Part shown: positions 41,887 through 51,969 of the stretch, one piece after another
Layout of the letters: every line of letters begins with the position of its first letter
Position numbering within the stretch: the first letter of the stretch is position 1
Translations under genes and position numbers: made by a program
The notes under the pieces: model-generated
The model's database searches: none
What the model was told of the DNA's origin: nothing
Seen by the model: the letters and a program-made list of their open reading frames with translations, nothing else
Assembly: GCA_029267355.1 (NCBI GenBank)
Contig: JAJUJA010000003.1
Location: forward strand, 22,519-86,518
Origin: Elusimicrobiota bacterium
GTDB lineage: Bacteria > Elusimicrobiota > Elusimicrobia > Elusimicrobiales > UBA9959
Length of the DNA stretch: 64,000 nt
Direction of reading: 5' to 3'

Positions 41887-43912
41887 GAACGGAAAGACCA
41901 ACGTCGGGTTCTTTTTTCTGCCGCATTTCTTGCCTTTTCTGCTTTTTTGCGCCTGCCTTGAAGGCGCGGACATAAATCTCAGCATTGAGTCGGCTTCAAG
42001 GTTTAAGGAGCCTCTGCGCGAACTTCCTGCTTCGGCAGAGATTTTGCTGGATAGACAGCTCTCAGCCCTGTCTCAGAAGAACCTTGACAAAAAGCTTTCT
42101 CTGCTGGTGCCCGGGCTTGATTCAAGCAGAAGTTTTTCTGATTTTAGCGACAGGAATGCGGTTTTGACCATGAGGGGATTCGGCATAGGCACGCAGGGGG
42201 GCAGAGGGCAGGGCAGGACCCTGCTTATGATCAACGGCTTGCCGCTGAATTCATCTGCGAACGGGTCGCTGATACTTAATGACCTTGACAAAGAGGATAT
42301 AGAGAAAGTGGAAATCATAAAGGGACCTTCTTCGGCTCTTTACGGCTCAAACGCTCTGGCGGGCGTGATAAATATATTCACGAGGAAACCTCAAGATAAA
42401 AAAGAGATTTCCGCCTCCGTCGGGTCTTACGGCCTTTTTGATTCAAGAGCGCGCGCCGGTTTCAGTTTTGGAGATTTTTATTTAGGATTTTCCGGCGGAT
42501 ATCTTGAAAGCGGCGGCTATATCAAAGCCCTGCCTGAAGACAGAAGCGCGTATTCAGTGAAATCATGGCTGAGGGAGAAGAACGCTTCTTTGAAAGCCTA
42601 CTGGGGGGCGCCGGATTATGGAAATTTCAGTGCATATCTTTCCCGCTTGGACGGCATAAACGGGCTTGGGACAAATTACCGCGGAGATGCCAGGGGAGAA
42701 TACAGGCGCAATGTAAGCGATACCGGAATGATCTCATGGCATCTTGAAAAAAATGGAGCGGAATTTAAAATTTCAGCTTACTGGACCGAAAGTTCCCAGG
42801 ACAGGCATGAGGCAAGCAGTCCTGCAAAATTTACGGACATAACGGTTGACAAGGGAGATAAAGGACTGATGTCAGCGGCGTATGCCGGCTTTTTTGACTG
42901 CCGTTTTTCTCTGGGTTTTGACTGGAAACGCGGCTATGTTGACGGCTATGACGACTATCTTAACGGAAAATATGCATCGGACAGAGCTAAAATAGAAACC
43001 TATTCGCCTTTCATCCAGGCTGAAAAGAAAATTTTTTCAGACAAATTGAATCTCACGGCGGGCTTAAGATACGATTACTCAAAGTTTTATGACGGTTATG
43101 TCTTTAACTCATCGGCTCCAGGCTTTTTCCCCGGGCCTCTGTCAAAGAGGGCGATGGATAAGGCTTCCCTCAAGGCTTCAGCCGGCTTTGATTATGCGCC
43201 CGGGTTCAGCCAGTATATTTCTTACTCTCAGGGTTTCAGAAATCCGGAGCTGGAAAGCATGGTCCTTGCTTTGGTCAAAGGAAGCGGTTCAAATAAATGG
43301 TATCAAAAGCCCAATCCAAGTCTTGGTCCGGAGAAAAGTCAGACCGTGGAAAGCGGCTTCAAGATAAATCCTGCCGCCGGATTTTATACCGATCCCTCTT
43401 TCTATATAACATGGGCTGACGATTTTATATATCAGATCCTTACCGGCGTGAATGACCCTTCCTACGGAAAGGAAAAAATTTATGCCAATATAGCAAAGGT
43501 CAGAATATACGGCGCCGAGCTGCCTTTGAAATACATAAACAGAAACTTTGTGTTTTCAGTTTCTTACGCTCAATCCTATTCAAGGATTATTGAAGCTCCG
43601 GGCCTTGCCATTGAAGGCAAAAGGCTTACATATGCGCCGAGAACTATTTATTCTTTAAGCGTTCAGAAAATATTCAAAAGAGGATCTGTTTTTGCGGATT
43701 GGGCTTATAAAAGCAGACAATTTGCCGACGATGCAAATTCTGTCTCAGTGCCCGGCTACGGCTGCGCGGGAGCGGGAGCTGAGCTGTATGCGGGAAGAGA
43801 CTATCAGCTCTCATTTTCAGTGTCAAATATTTTTGACAGGCGGTTTCAGCAGTCTGAAAGCGAACTGGCTCCGGGAAGGACATTTGTTTTCTCGGTCAAA
43901 AAAAACTTTTAG
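41885..43912 (+). CDS. TonB-dependent outer-membrane receptor
   Basis: Signal peptide. Plug-domain motifs LLMINGLPLNSS and IEKVEIIKGPSSALYGSNALAGVINIFTRKP. A beta-barrel region with a terminal F (VKKNF). Confidence 0.9.
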   Translation: MNGKTNVGFFFLPHFLPFLLFCACLEGADINLSIESASRFKEPLRELPASAEILLDRQLSALSQKNLDKKLSLLVPGLDSSRSFSDFSDRNAVLTMRGFGIGTQGGRGQGRTLLMINGLPLNSSANGSLILNDLDKEDIEKVEIIKGPSSALYGSNALAGVINIFTRKPQDKKEISASVGSYGLFDSRARAGFSFGDFYLGFSGGYLESGGYIKALPEDRSAYSVKSWLREKNASLKAYWGAPDYGNFSAYLSRLDGINGLGTNYRGDARGEYRRNVSDTGMISWHLEKNGAEFKISAYWTESSQDRHEASSPAKFTDITVDKGDKGLMSAAYAGFFDCRFSLGFDWKRGYVDGYDDYLNGKYASDRAKIETYSPFIQAEKKIFSDKLNLTAGLRYDYSKFYDGYVFNSSAPGFFPGPLSKRAMDKASLKASAGFDYAPGFSQYISYSQGFRNPELESMVLALVKGSGSNKWYQKPNPSLGPEKSQTVESGFKINPAAGFYTDPSFYITWADDFIYQILTGVNDPSYGKEKIYANIAKVRIYGAELPLKYINRNFVFSVSYAQSYSRIIEAPGLAIEGKRLTYAPRTIYSLSVQKIFKRGSVFADWAYKSRQFADDANSVSVPGYGCAGAGAELYAGRDYQLSFSVSNIFDRRFQQSESELAPGRTFVFSVKKNF

Positions 43913-43930
43913 CCGCAGCAGGAGGTCTTT

Positions 43931-44323
43931 ATGGAGAGGATAACGATTTGTCTTGAAAAGGAGCTGCTTGAAAAACTTGACGATATAATAGACAAGAGGC
44001 ATTATACAAGCCGTTCAGCCGCTCTTTGCGAATTTCTCAGGAGAGCTTCAATGAACAGAAAATTGAATGCGGACAAAAAGGGCCTCGCTCTTATAAGCGC
44101 TGTTGTGCCTTCGCAAAAGGAAGGCGCGCTGTCTGAAGTAAGAAAAATAGTCAGGAATTTTTTTGACAATAACTGCCAGATAGGCGAATTTTTGAGCGGA
44201 AAAAGCCTCTGCATTTATTTTTTTGCGCAGGGCAGAGCGGACAGGCTTGAAGAACTCTCAGACAGAATCAGGGCCGTCAAAGGTGTCAGAGGCGGCTCTT
44301 TTTCCATTCTTGAGTATTTCTGA
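43931..44323 (+). CDS. NikR-like ribbon-helix-helix regulator with ACT-like C-domain
   Basis: MERITICLEKELLEKLDDIIDKRHYTSRSAALCEFLR (RHH, cf. NikR R-x-t-i-s-l...RSEaiRdliR). The C-domain is collinear with NikR (..LCIYFFAQGRADRLEELSDRIRAVKGVRGG, cf. CLEVIVLKGDAKEI--LADKLIALKGVKHG). Confidence 0.6.
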   Translation: MERITICLEKELLEKLDDIIDKRHYTSRSAALCEFLRRASMNRKLNADKKGLALISAVVPSQKEGALSEVRKIVRNFFDNNCQIGEFLSGKSLCIYFFAQGRADRLEELSDRIRAVKGVRGGSFSILEYF

Positions 44324-44375
44324 TTTCATCTCATTAGCCGTGCAATAAATAAAATGTTATAATTAATGGACAGTT

Positions 44376-45701
44376 ATGCCTAAATATTTCGGTACAGACG
44401 GAATAAGGGGAATACCTTGGAAATTCCCTTTCAATGAAGATTTTCTGAAAAAACTCGGTTTTGCTTCAGGTATTGTGCTGGGACGCGGCAAAAAGGGGCG
44501 TGTTTTTGTCGGGGGTGATTCCAGAGCTTCATGCAAGAAGATAAAATCCTGGCTGTTTTCCGGCCTTAAGGCGGCCGGAATGGAGCCCGCGGACCTCGGC
44601 ACGGTTAACACGCCTCTGGTTGCCTGCGCCTGCCTGAAAGAAAGGGCGGCTTTCGGAATAATGGTTTCGGCCAGCCACAATCCGCCGGAGTTCAACGGAG
44701 TTAAGTTTTTTAACGGCAAAGGCGAGAAAATATCTCAAAACCAGGAAGAAGAAATAGAAAGGAAGATAGAGTCTGAAAAACGCTGGCCGGAATTTAAAAA
44801 ATGCCGTCCATTGGAGATGGATTATTCCGGCAAGTATTGCGATTTCGTGATTTCCACTTTCCCGAAGCCGGAGCTTTTCAAGGGGATAAAGCTGGTTTTG
44901 GACTGCTCCAACGGCGGGGCTTACAGGATAGCGCCGAAAGTTTTTGAAAGACTTGGAATAAAGACAAAGCTTATAGGGGTGAATCCTGACGGCTTTAATA
45001 TCAATGTGGGCTGCGGCGCCCTGAATACCGGCAAAATGCTCAAGGCTGTGGCTGCGGGGGCCTATTTCGGCGGTATTTCGCTTGACGGAGACGCCGACAG
45101 ATGCATACTTTCAGACGAAAAAGGGGAGTTGATGGACGGCGACGATATAGTCGCTGCTCTTCATTCCTTTTTATCCTCTGCCAGAAAAAAGGCTGCAGTT
45201 CTGACAGTAATGTCGAATTATGGGCTGTTCAAATACCTGAAATCCAATAATGTCAAGACTTATGAAGTTGCTGTCGGTGACAGGAATGTCACAGAGGCCA
45301 TGAAAAAATACAAGGCGCCGGTCGGCGGCGAGAACAGCGGGCATATAATACTTCTGGATTTTTTGCCGACAGGCGATGGAATACTTTCTTCTCTCTGGAC
45401 GGTTTATTCGGCTTTGTCCTGCGGATTGACTCTTTCCCAAACCAGGAATAAATGGAAAAGGTATCCGCAAAAGCTTCTTTCCTTCAGAATAGAAGAAAAA
45501 AAATCTCTGGAAAATATGCCTGAGCTTGCCAAAGCCATCAGGGAAAAAGAAAGGCTTATAAAAGGCCGGATTTTCGTCAGATATTCAGGCACAGAGCCGG
45601 TGATAAGAATTCTGGCAGAAGGCGAAAATAAAGATTTGGTTGAGCGGGCCGCTATGGACATAGCGGAGATATACAAAAAAAGCGTCTCGCTTGGGAGGTA
45701 A
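44376..45701 (+). CDS. glmM: Phosphoglucosamine mutase
   Basis: YFGTDGIRG, the SASHNPPEFNGVKFF phosphoserine loop, and DGDADR. Confidence 0.9.
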   Translation: MPKYFGTDGIRGIPWKFPFNEDFLKKLGFASGIVLGRGKKGRVFVGGDSRASCKKIKSWLFSGLKAAGMEPADLGTVNTPLVACACLKERAAFGIMVSASHNPPEFNGVKFFNGKGEKISQNQEEEIERKIESEKRWPEFKKCRPLEMDYSGKYCDFVISTFPKPELFKGIKLVLDCSNGGAYRIAPKVFERLGIKTKLIGVNPDGFNINVGCGALNTGKMLKAVAAGAYFGGISLDGDADRCILSDEKGELMDGDDIVAALHSFLSSARKKAAVLTVMSNYGLFKYLKSNNVKTYEVAVGDRNVTEAMKKYKAPVGGENSGHIILLDFLPTGDGILSSLWTVYSALSCGLTLSQTRNKWKRYPQKLLSFRIEEKKSLENMPELAKAIREKERLIKGRIFVRYSGTEPVIRILAEGENKDLVERAAMDIAEIYKKSVSLGR

Positions 45702-45702
45702 A

Positions 45703-46419
45703 ATGAGCATTAAATTGGGCGTTAATATAGATCATGTGGCCACTTTAAGGGAGGCCAGAAAAGATTCAAATCCGGATACAGTTGAGGCAGCCAGAGTTGC
45801 CCTGTCTGCCGGCGCTGAAATGATAGTTATGCATCTGAGAAAGGACAGAAGACATGTGCAGGAAAGCGATATAGAAAGAGTAAGAAGAGAAGTTAAATGC
45901 TATCTGCATATGGAAATGGCGGCAAATGAGGAGATGGAAAAACTGGCAATTAAACTTCGGCCGGACAGCGTTTGTCTTGTGCCTGAAGAGAAAGACGAGG
46001 TCACCACTCAGGGCGGACTGAAAATAAAGGAAAAAGACGAAAATCTTTCAAAAATCATAAGGAATATCTCTTCCAAAGGTATAGGCGTCAGTCTTTTCCT
46101 GGATCCGGAACCGCAGGATATAAGAGCCGCCTACAAGCTCGGCGCAGACACCGTTGAACTTTGCACAAAGGCCTACGCAGAAAGCTGGGGCAGGAAAAAT
46201 CAGGAAAAGGAGCTGGAGAAGCTGCAGCTGGCTTCCTATCTTGTTAAAGAGCTTAATATGTCGCTTCACGCCGGGCACGGGCTGGATTATTATAATGTCA
46301 GGCCTGTAGCTCAGATAGAGGGAATGGAATGCCTCAATATAGGCTTTTCCATAATTTCAAGGTCCGTTTTTGTCGGCCTGAAGAATGCCGTCTCAGGAAT
46401 GAAAAGTCTGATAAGCTGA
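45703..46419 (+). CDS. pdxJ: Pyridoxine 5'-phosphate synthase
   Basis: LGVNIDHVATLREAR and HAGHGL. GGGAGG RBS before ATG 45703. Confidence 0.9.
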   Translation: MSIKLGVNIDHVATLREARKDSNPDTVEAARVALSAGAEMIVMHLRKDRRHVQESDIERVRREVKCYLHMEMAANEEMEKLAIKLRPDSVCLVPEEKDEVTTQGGLKIKEKDENLSKIIRNISSKGIGVSLFLDPEPQDIRAAYKLGADTVELCTKAYAESWGRKNQEKELEKLQLASYLVKELNMSLHAGHGLDYYNVRPVAQIEGMECLNIGFSIISRSVFVGLKNAVSGMKSLIS

Positions 46420-46451
46420 TAATTTTCACTAGCGGGTTGCCGGAGGAATGA

Positions 46452-48323
46452 ATGTGCGGCATAGTAGGTTATGTCGGCGATAGGAAGATAGAGGAAGTTC
46501 TTATAGAAGGTCTCAGAAGACTTGAGTACAGGGGTTATGACTCCTGCGGCCTGGCTCTTAATGGAGAAAAAAGCGGCATATACAGAAAAAGGGCTCTTGG
46601 AAGAATAGACAATCTGGCCAGAGCGATAGAAGGTCACACACCTTCTGACAAAAGATCCGGCATAGCTCACACCCGCTGGGCCACTCACGGCGAGCCCAGT
46701 GAAGACAATTCTCATCCGCACTGCGACTGCTCCTGCGAAATAGTTGTGGTTCATAACGGCATAATAGAAAACTATTCTTCATTGAAAGATGAGCTTGAGA
46801 AGAAAGGCCATAAATTTTCATCCCAGACGGATACAGAGGTAATAGCTCATCTTGTAGAGGAAAAACTCAAGGAAATTTCCAGGGGTGCGGGCATAAAGCA
46901 CGCCCTTCCCGAGCCGCTTTTTTTTGAGGCCTTCAGAAGAGCCGTGAATTTGCTGTCAGGCTCTTTTGCCGTTTCCGCCTTGTGGGTTAAAGCGCCGGAA
47001 CTTATAATGTCGGCAAGGATGCATAGTCCATTAACTGTCGGAATGGGCGAAGGCGAAAATTTTCTCGCTTCAGACGTTTCAGCTTTCCTTAAGTATACGA
47101 AAAAAGTCTATTTTATGGATGACGGGGAGATAGCCGCCATAAGAAGAAATTCAGCCGAGTTTTACGATTTCAAGGGCAAAAAAAACAATAAGCAGCCGTC
47201 TATTATAAACTGGGACTTGAGCATGGCGGAAAAAGGCGGTTACAGGCATTTCATGCTTAAGGAAATACATGAGCAGGCTCTCAGCGCGCAGAATACCATG
47301 GCAGGCCGCCTTCTTCCATTTGAAGAAAAAAGAATTTTTTCCGAAATAGGGCTTGATTTTAACGAGGCGGCGCGTATAAAAGAGCTGCAGATAATAGCCT
47401 GCGGCACTGCTTTTCATGCAGGACTTGTCGGAAAATACGTTTTTGAAAGGCTGGGGATAAGGGCAGCAGCGGATTTGGCCAGCGAATTTGAAAGCAGGGC
47501 GGCGCTTTTAGACAGGGGGACGCTTGTAATAGCTGTGAGCCAGTCCGGAGAAACTGCCGACACTCTTCATGCCGTTAAAGCGGCCAAAAGGAACGGTAAT
47601 AAAGTTCTGGCTGTCACGAACACTTTAGGTTCTTCCATCACCAGAGAGGCGGATTATACCCTGTATACGCATTGCGGTCCAGAAATAGGCGTAGCTTCGA
47701 CAAAAGCCTTTCTGGGCCAGCTTATAGCTTTTTATATGCTTGCAGTGAATTTTTCCCATGCCAGGGGAATAACGGATCCGCAGAAAGCCGAGCAGCTTTG
47801 CCGTCAGCTTTTGCTTATACCGGATTTGATAGAAAAAACTATGGCTTTGGAGAACAAGATAGAAAAGCTGACTGAGGCATTCTCATCCAAAGAGCATTAT
47901 CTTTTTATCGGCAGAGATTTAAGCTACCCTATAGCTCTTGAAGGAGCCCTGAAAATAAAGGAAATTTCATATGTGCATGCCGAAGGCTATGCCGCCGGGG
48001 AGATGAAGCACGGTCCCATAGCGATAATAGAAAAAGGCATGCCTGTTCTATCATTGGCTTTGTCGTCTCAGAGCCTGGACCTTATAAAGGGGAATATTGA
48101 AGAGGCCAAGGCCAGAGGCGCTGACATAATAGCTGTGGTCGACGAAGAGAGCAAAAAAACCGTCAAAGCCAGGCATTATCTTGAGGTGCCTCAGATAAAT
48201 GAGCTGTTTTCCGGGGCTCTGGCTGTTATTCCGCTGCAGCTTTTCGCCTACTACATAGCATTGCAGAGAAAATGCGACATAGACAAGCCGAGAAATCTTG
48301 CAAAGAGCGTAACGGTAAGATGA
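46452..48323 (+). CDS. glmS: Glutamine--fructose-6-phosphate aminotransferase
   Basis: The MCGIVGYVG Ntn-Cys start, two SIS domains (SQSGETADT), and a C-terminal KSVTV-type ending. Confidence 0.95.
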   Translation: MCGIVGYVGDRKIEEVLIEGLRRLEYRGYDSCGLALNGEKSGIYRKRALGRIDNLARAIEGHTPSDKRSGIAHTRWATHGEPSEDNSHPHCDCSCEIVVVHNGIIENYSSLKDELEKKGHKFSSQTDTEVIAHLVEEKLKEISRGAGIKHALPEPLFFEAFRRAVNLLSGSFAVSALWVKAPELIMSARMHSPLTVGMGEGENFLASDVSAFLKYTKKVYFMDDGEIAAIRRNSAEFYDFKGKKNNKQPSIINWDLSMAEKGGYRHFMLKEIHEQALSAQNTMAGRLLPFEEKRIFSEIGLDFNEAARIKELQIIACGTAFHAGLVGKYVFERLGIRAAADLASEFESRAALLDRGTLVIAVSQSGETADTLHAVKAAKRNGNKVLAVTNTLGSSITREADYTLYTHCGPEIGVASTKAFLGQLIAFYMLAVNFSHARGITDPQKAEQLCRQLLLIPDLIEKTMALENKIEKLTEAFSSKEHYLFIGRDLSYPIALEGALKIKEISYVHAEGYAAGEMKHGPIAIIEKGMPVLSLALSSQSLDLIKGNIEEAKARGADIIAVVDEESKKTVKARHYLEVPQINELFSGALAVIPLQLFAYYIALQRKCDIDKPRNLAKSVTVR

Positions 48324-48652
48324 AAGTTTCCGGTCTGGGCATAGACATAGTTGAAACTTCCAGGATAAAAAAAGCCGCTTCAAAGGCTTTTCTGCGCAGG
48401 GTATATTCCTCAAACGAGCTTTCTCTTTGCCTTAAAAGCGCCAACAAATATGAGCGTCTGGCGGCAAGATTTGCCGCCAAGGAAGCTGTGATAAAGGCTT
48501 TAAGCAATAAAACAATTCCGCTCAAGGATATAGAAATTGTCAATGAGCTTACCGGCCGTCCGACCGTTAAAATAAAAGGCAAAAAGACAGGGCTTCTTAT
48601 AAGTATTTCGCATTGCGAAAAATATGCTTGCGCGGTATGTCTGGCGGTTTAA
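48320..48652 (+). CDS. acpS: Holo-ACP synthase
   Basis: GLGIDIVETSRI and RFAAKEAVIKAL. ATGA overlap with the glmS stop at 48320-48323. The track start at 48272 lies inside glmS. Confidence 0.9.
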   Translation: MKVSGLGIDIVETSRIKKAASKAFLRRVYSSNELSLCLKSANKYERLAARFAAKEAVIKALSNKTIPLKDIEIVNELTGRPTVKIKGKKTGLLISISHCEKYACAVCLAV

Positions 48653-48663
48653 GGTCAACTTAA

Positions 48664-49521
48664 ATGAATTTCAAAAAAATAATTCCTCAAAGGCCTTTAA
48701 AAGCCAATAAAAATGATTTTGGCAGAATAATGGCCGTTTGCGGCTCTAGGGGCATGATGGGGGCCGCCTACCTTGTGTGCAAGTCGGCTTTCAGGTCCGG
48801 AGCCGGACTTGTATATTGCGCTCTTCCCGAAAGCGAGAGATTCTCCCTGAACCGTATGATACCAGAGGCGGTCATTATCCCCCTGCCATCCTCAAATGGA
48901 TTCATAAAAGCTTCAGCGGCTGAAATTTTGCTTGATAAAATCCTGAAGTTAAGAATAGACGTTCTTGCAATAGGTCCCGGACTCGGCCTTGAATCCGCCG
49001 CTTTTGCCGAAAGAATATTGATAGAGACCAGGCTTCCATGCGTCATAGACGCCGACGCCCTCAATGCGATGGCTGAAAGGAGGGACATCCTGAGAGGGCT
49101 TAGAAACAGGCCCTGCATACTCACTCCTCATGAGGGCGAAATGAAAAGACTTATAGGAGATTTTGACAACAGAAAACTTGCGGCGATGAAACTCAGCAGG
49201 CTTACGGGCGGCATAACTGTTTTGAAGGGGAATAAAACGCTGATTTCAGACGGCAAAAAAATTTATGTAAACAGAACCGGATCCCCGGCTCTGGCTAAGG
49301 CCGGAAGCGGAGATGTTTTGACAGGAGTTATCACCTCCATATGGGCTCAAAACGGTAAAAGAAGTAAGGATTTTTACAAAACCGCTTTTGAAGCCGCCTC
49401 TCTTGGCGTGCATATTCACGGACTGGCCGGAGAGCTGGCCGGTAAAAAACTTGGAGAGAGAAGTTTGCTTTCAGGCGAGATAGCCGACTTTTTATCAGAA
49501 GCTTTCAGGAAAATAAAATGA
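48664..49521 (+). CDS. nnrD: ADP-dependent NAD(P)H-hydrate dehydratase (YjeF C-terminal type)
   Basis: GPGLG, LTPHEGE and GSGDVLTG. Confidence 0.85.
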   Translation: MNFKKIIPQRPLKANKNDFGRIMAVCGSRGMMGAAYLVCKSAFRSGAGLVYCALPESERFSLNRMIPEAVIIPLPSSNGFIKASAAEILLDKILKLRIDVLAIGPGLGLESAAFAERILIETRLPCVIDADALNAMAERRDILRGLRNRPCILTPHEGEMKRLIGDFDNRKLAAMKLSRLTGGITVLKGNKTLISDGKKIYVNRTGSPALAKAGSGDVLTGVITSIWAQNGKRSKDFYKTAFEAASLGVHIHGLAGELAGKKLGERSLLSGEIADFLSEAFRKIK

Positions 49522-50468
49522 AGGAAAAAGATTTACTGTCTTTTTTTAAAAAGATTTTCTCTTATCCGCACGATGCTTCGCTGCCGGTAGGACCCGGCGA
49601 TGATTGCGCCGTGATGGACTTGGGCGGCAAAGAATATCTGCTGGCTACTGTTGATGAAATTCAGCAGGACACTCATTTTATTATGGATTTTTCAAGCCCC
49701 GAGCTTCTGGCTGCAAAACTTGTAAGGATGAATGTAAGCGACATTTATTCAATGGGCGCCGCGCGTCCGCTTTTCTGTTTCATTGCGGGAGGCCTGCCCA
49801 AAGGGTTAAGGCAGGAGTGGGTTAAGGAATTTGCCGTTGCTGCAAGAAAGGAGGCCGGTCTTTTTAATATGAAAGTAGCAGGCGGCAACCTTTGCAGGTC
49901 TGATAAGATTCACTTTTCAATGACTGTCATAGGTCTTGCTGATAAAAAACATCTTGTCCTGAGAACAGGAGCAAGACAGGGAGACATCATAGCCGGCGTC
50001 GGCGCCATGGGGGAGGCGAGAGCAGGCCTTGAAATCTTGATTAAGGGCAAAAAGCAGGGTATTGCTGAGAAGAAGCTTGTCTCATCTTTTTGGCGTCCTG
50101 AAATAAAGCAGCAGGAAGCCGGCAAAATAGCGCGTTTCGCCACTGCCATGCTGGACAATTCGGACGGTCTTTTCAGAAGTTTGGAAATACTTGCGCAGGA
50201 AAACGGGCTCAAGGCCGAAGCTGAAATAAAAGAGGAGATGGTTTCCAAAGAGCTCAGGGCATGGTGCAGTTCTCAGGGAAAAGACTGGCGGAAATACGCG
50301 CTGGCCGGCGGCGAGGATTACGGCCTTATATTCACAGCAGGAAAAAAAGATTTTGAGATTCTCAAAAGAGAATTAAAAAATTGCTATCAAATAGGGGAAA
50401 TGAAGAAAGGAAAAGGAGTTTCAGTTAAGAATTATGGGTCTGAAATACAAACTTTTGAACACTTTTAA
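49518..50468 (+). CDS. thiL: Thiamine-monophosphate kinase
   Basis: AIR-synthase-related fold: GPGDDCAV, NVSDIYSMG and DNSDGL. Confidence 0.8.
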   Translation: MKEKDLLSFFKKIFSYPHDASLPVGPGDDCAVMDLGGKEYLLATVDEIQQDTHFIMDFSSPELLAAKLVRMNVSDIYSMGAARPLFCFIAGGLPKGLRQEWVKEFAVAARKEAGLFNMKVAGGNLCRSDKIHFSMTVIGLADKKHLVLRTGARQGDIIAGVGAMGEARAGLEILIKGKKQGIAEKKLVSSFWRPEIKQQEAGKIARFATAMLDNSDGLFRSLEILAQENGLKAEAEIKEEMVSKELRAWCSSQGKDWRKYALAGGEDYGLIFTAGKKDFEILKRELKNCYQIGEMKKGKGVSVKNYGSEIQTFEHF

Positions 50469-50874
50469 GACCTCCGGAGAGGAGGAAACTTTTCATATAG
50501 CCGAAAAGTTTTCAAAAAAATTTTCAGGCGGGGAGATACTGGTCCTATTGGGCCCCATAGGGGCAGGCAAGACTGTTTTTGTTTCAGGACTGGCGGCCGG
50601 AATAAAATGTAAAAAAAGGCCGATAAGTTCAAGTTTCGGACTGGCAAAGGTATACGGCGGCGAAAAGCTGAAGCTTGCGCATTTTGATCTATTCAGGCTT
50701 GAAAGCCCCAAAGATATGGATTTTGAATTTGAGGATTATCTTTCAAAAGACTTTATTGTGGCCGTGGAATGGCCGCTTCCGGCCTTTGACATTTATTCAA
50801 GATTCAGGCACTATAAAGTTTCCATTGCCCTTAAGGGAAAGGACAAAAGGGAGATAAAGATATATGAAGCTTAA
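50434..50874 (+). CDS. tsaE: tRNA t6A37 biosynthesis ATPase TsaE
   Basis: GPIGAGKTVFVSGL Walker A, HFDLFRL, and VAVEWP. Confidence 0.8.
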   Translation: MGLKYKLLNTFKTSGEEETFHIAEKFSKKFSGGEILVLLGPIGAGKTVFVSGLAAGIKCKKRPISSSFGLAKVYGGEKLKLAHFDLFRLESPKDMDFEFEDYLSKDFIVAVEWPLPAFDIYSRFRHYKVSIALKGKDKREIKIYEA

Positions 50875-51532
50875 ACTCGGGATGTGCACATGCCTTAAAG
50901 ACCTGACACTGTCAGTTGTCGGTCCAAATGGAAATTTTTCATCAGTAATTGAATTCCTGAATCAGGAGGAAATAATATTTGGCGAAATAGAGAAGCTGGC
51001 GCGCAAGGCGGGCGGCTCTTTCAGGGATTTTTCAGCGATAGTTTCAGTCAGGGGCCCAGGCCGTTTTACAGGAATGAGAATTTCATACACTTTGGCGAAG
51101 GTTTATGCTGCCTGCCGAAAGACAGGTCTTTACGGCTTAAGCGTTCATGACTGCCTGGCTTATAATTTTTATTCGTCGCGTTATTTCAATGGAGAAAAGG
51201 AAATTCTGGCCTGCATTTCCAGGGCCTTTAAGGATGAATTTTATTTAAGCTATTACTCTGTTTGCGGAAAAAAACTTGAAAGGAAAAGCCGTATTTTTTG
51301 GCTCAAAGAAGAGGATCTGAAAGAAAGACTTGAAAAGCATCTCGGACCTGTGATAGGGGAAAAAAGAGACTATACGGATATATATTCTCTCTGCCCTCCC
51401 GGGGCATTTAAGGCGGCGGATAGTATATCCTCGATTTTGCCTGAAAAAATTATTGAAGCCGGTCTTTATTTCAGAGAAAAAGAACTGTCGCCGATATACG
51501 CCAAGCCGGCAAAGTATGAAAACATAAAATGA
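50864..51532 (+). CDS. tsaB: tRNA t6A37 biosynthesis protein TsaB (YeaZ)
   Basis: VRGPGRFTGMRISYTLAK and position between tsaE and rimI. Confidence 0.7.
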   Translation: MKLKLGMCTCLKDLTLSVVGPNGNFSSVIEFLNQEEIIFGEIEKLARKAGGSFRDFSAIVSVRGPGRFTGMRISYTLAKVYAACRKTGLYGLSVHDCLAYNFYSSRYFNGEKEILACISRAFKDEFYLSYYSVCGKKLERKSRIFWLKEEDLKERLEKHLGPVIGEKRDYTDIYSLCPPGAFKAADSISSILPEKIIEAGLYFREKELSPIYAKPAKYENIK

Positions 51533-51969
51533 AAATAAGCAGAGCGTTTAAAGAAGATATCGGAGTTTTATGCCTTATTGAGAAAGAGCATGAAGGCTAT
51601 GCCGTCTGGGGCGAAGCCGGTTTTGAGGCAGAATTTTCAAAGCCTTTCTCGGTGACGCTGAAAGCCGAGCTGGAAGGGAAAATCGCCGGTTTTATAAATT
51701 TCTGGCTTTTAAGGCCTAAAACGGAAATAAATACTCTGGTCGTATCAAAGATTTTTCTGAGTAGAGGGGTGGCAAGAGCGATTCTTTTAAAAGCTCAGGA
51801 ATACGCCGTAAAAAATGACTGTCCGGAGCTTCTGCTTGAGGTTTGCGAGATTAACCTGCCGGCTGTTTCTCTTTATCGTTCTTTCGGTTTTGAAAAAATT
51901 TCTTCAAGGCCGAAATATTACAATAATCTGTATGACGCGCTGGTAATGTCAAAGAGGATAAAAATATGA
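51529..51969 (+). CDS. rimI: GNAT acetyltransferase, RimI-like
   Basis: GNAT motif A RGVARAILLKAQEYA, LLLEVCEINLPAVSLYRSFGF, and tsaB-rimI synteny. Confidence 0.65.
   Translation: MKISRAFKEDIGVLCLIEKEHEGYAVWGEAGFEAEFSKPFSVTLKAELEGKIAGFINFWLLRPKTEINTLVVSKIFLSRGVARAILLKAQEYAVKNDCPELLLEVCEINLPAVSLYRSFGFEKISSRPKYYNNLYDALVMSKRIKI

Noticed and set aside
46420-46451. A glmS ribozyme upstream of glmS. I also looked for TPP or other riboswitches upstream of thiL and pdxJ.
   Set aside because: The glmS upstream spacer is only 32 nt, whereas the ribozyme needs about 170 nt. thiL and pdxJ overlap or abut their upstream genes, leaving no leader.
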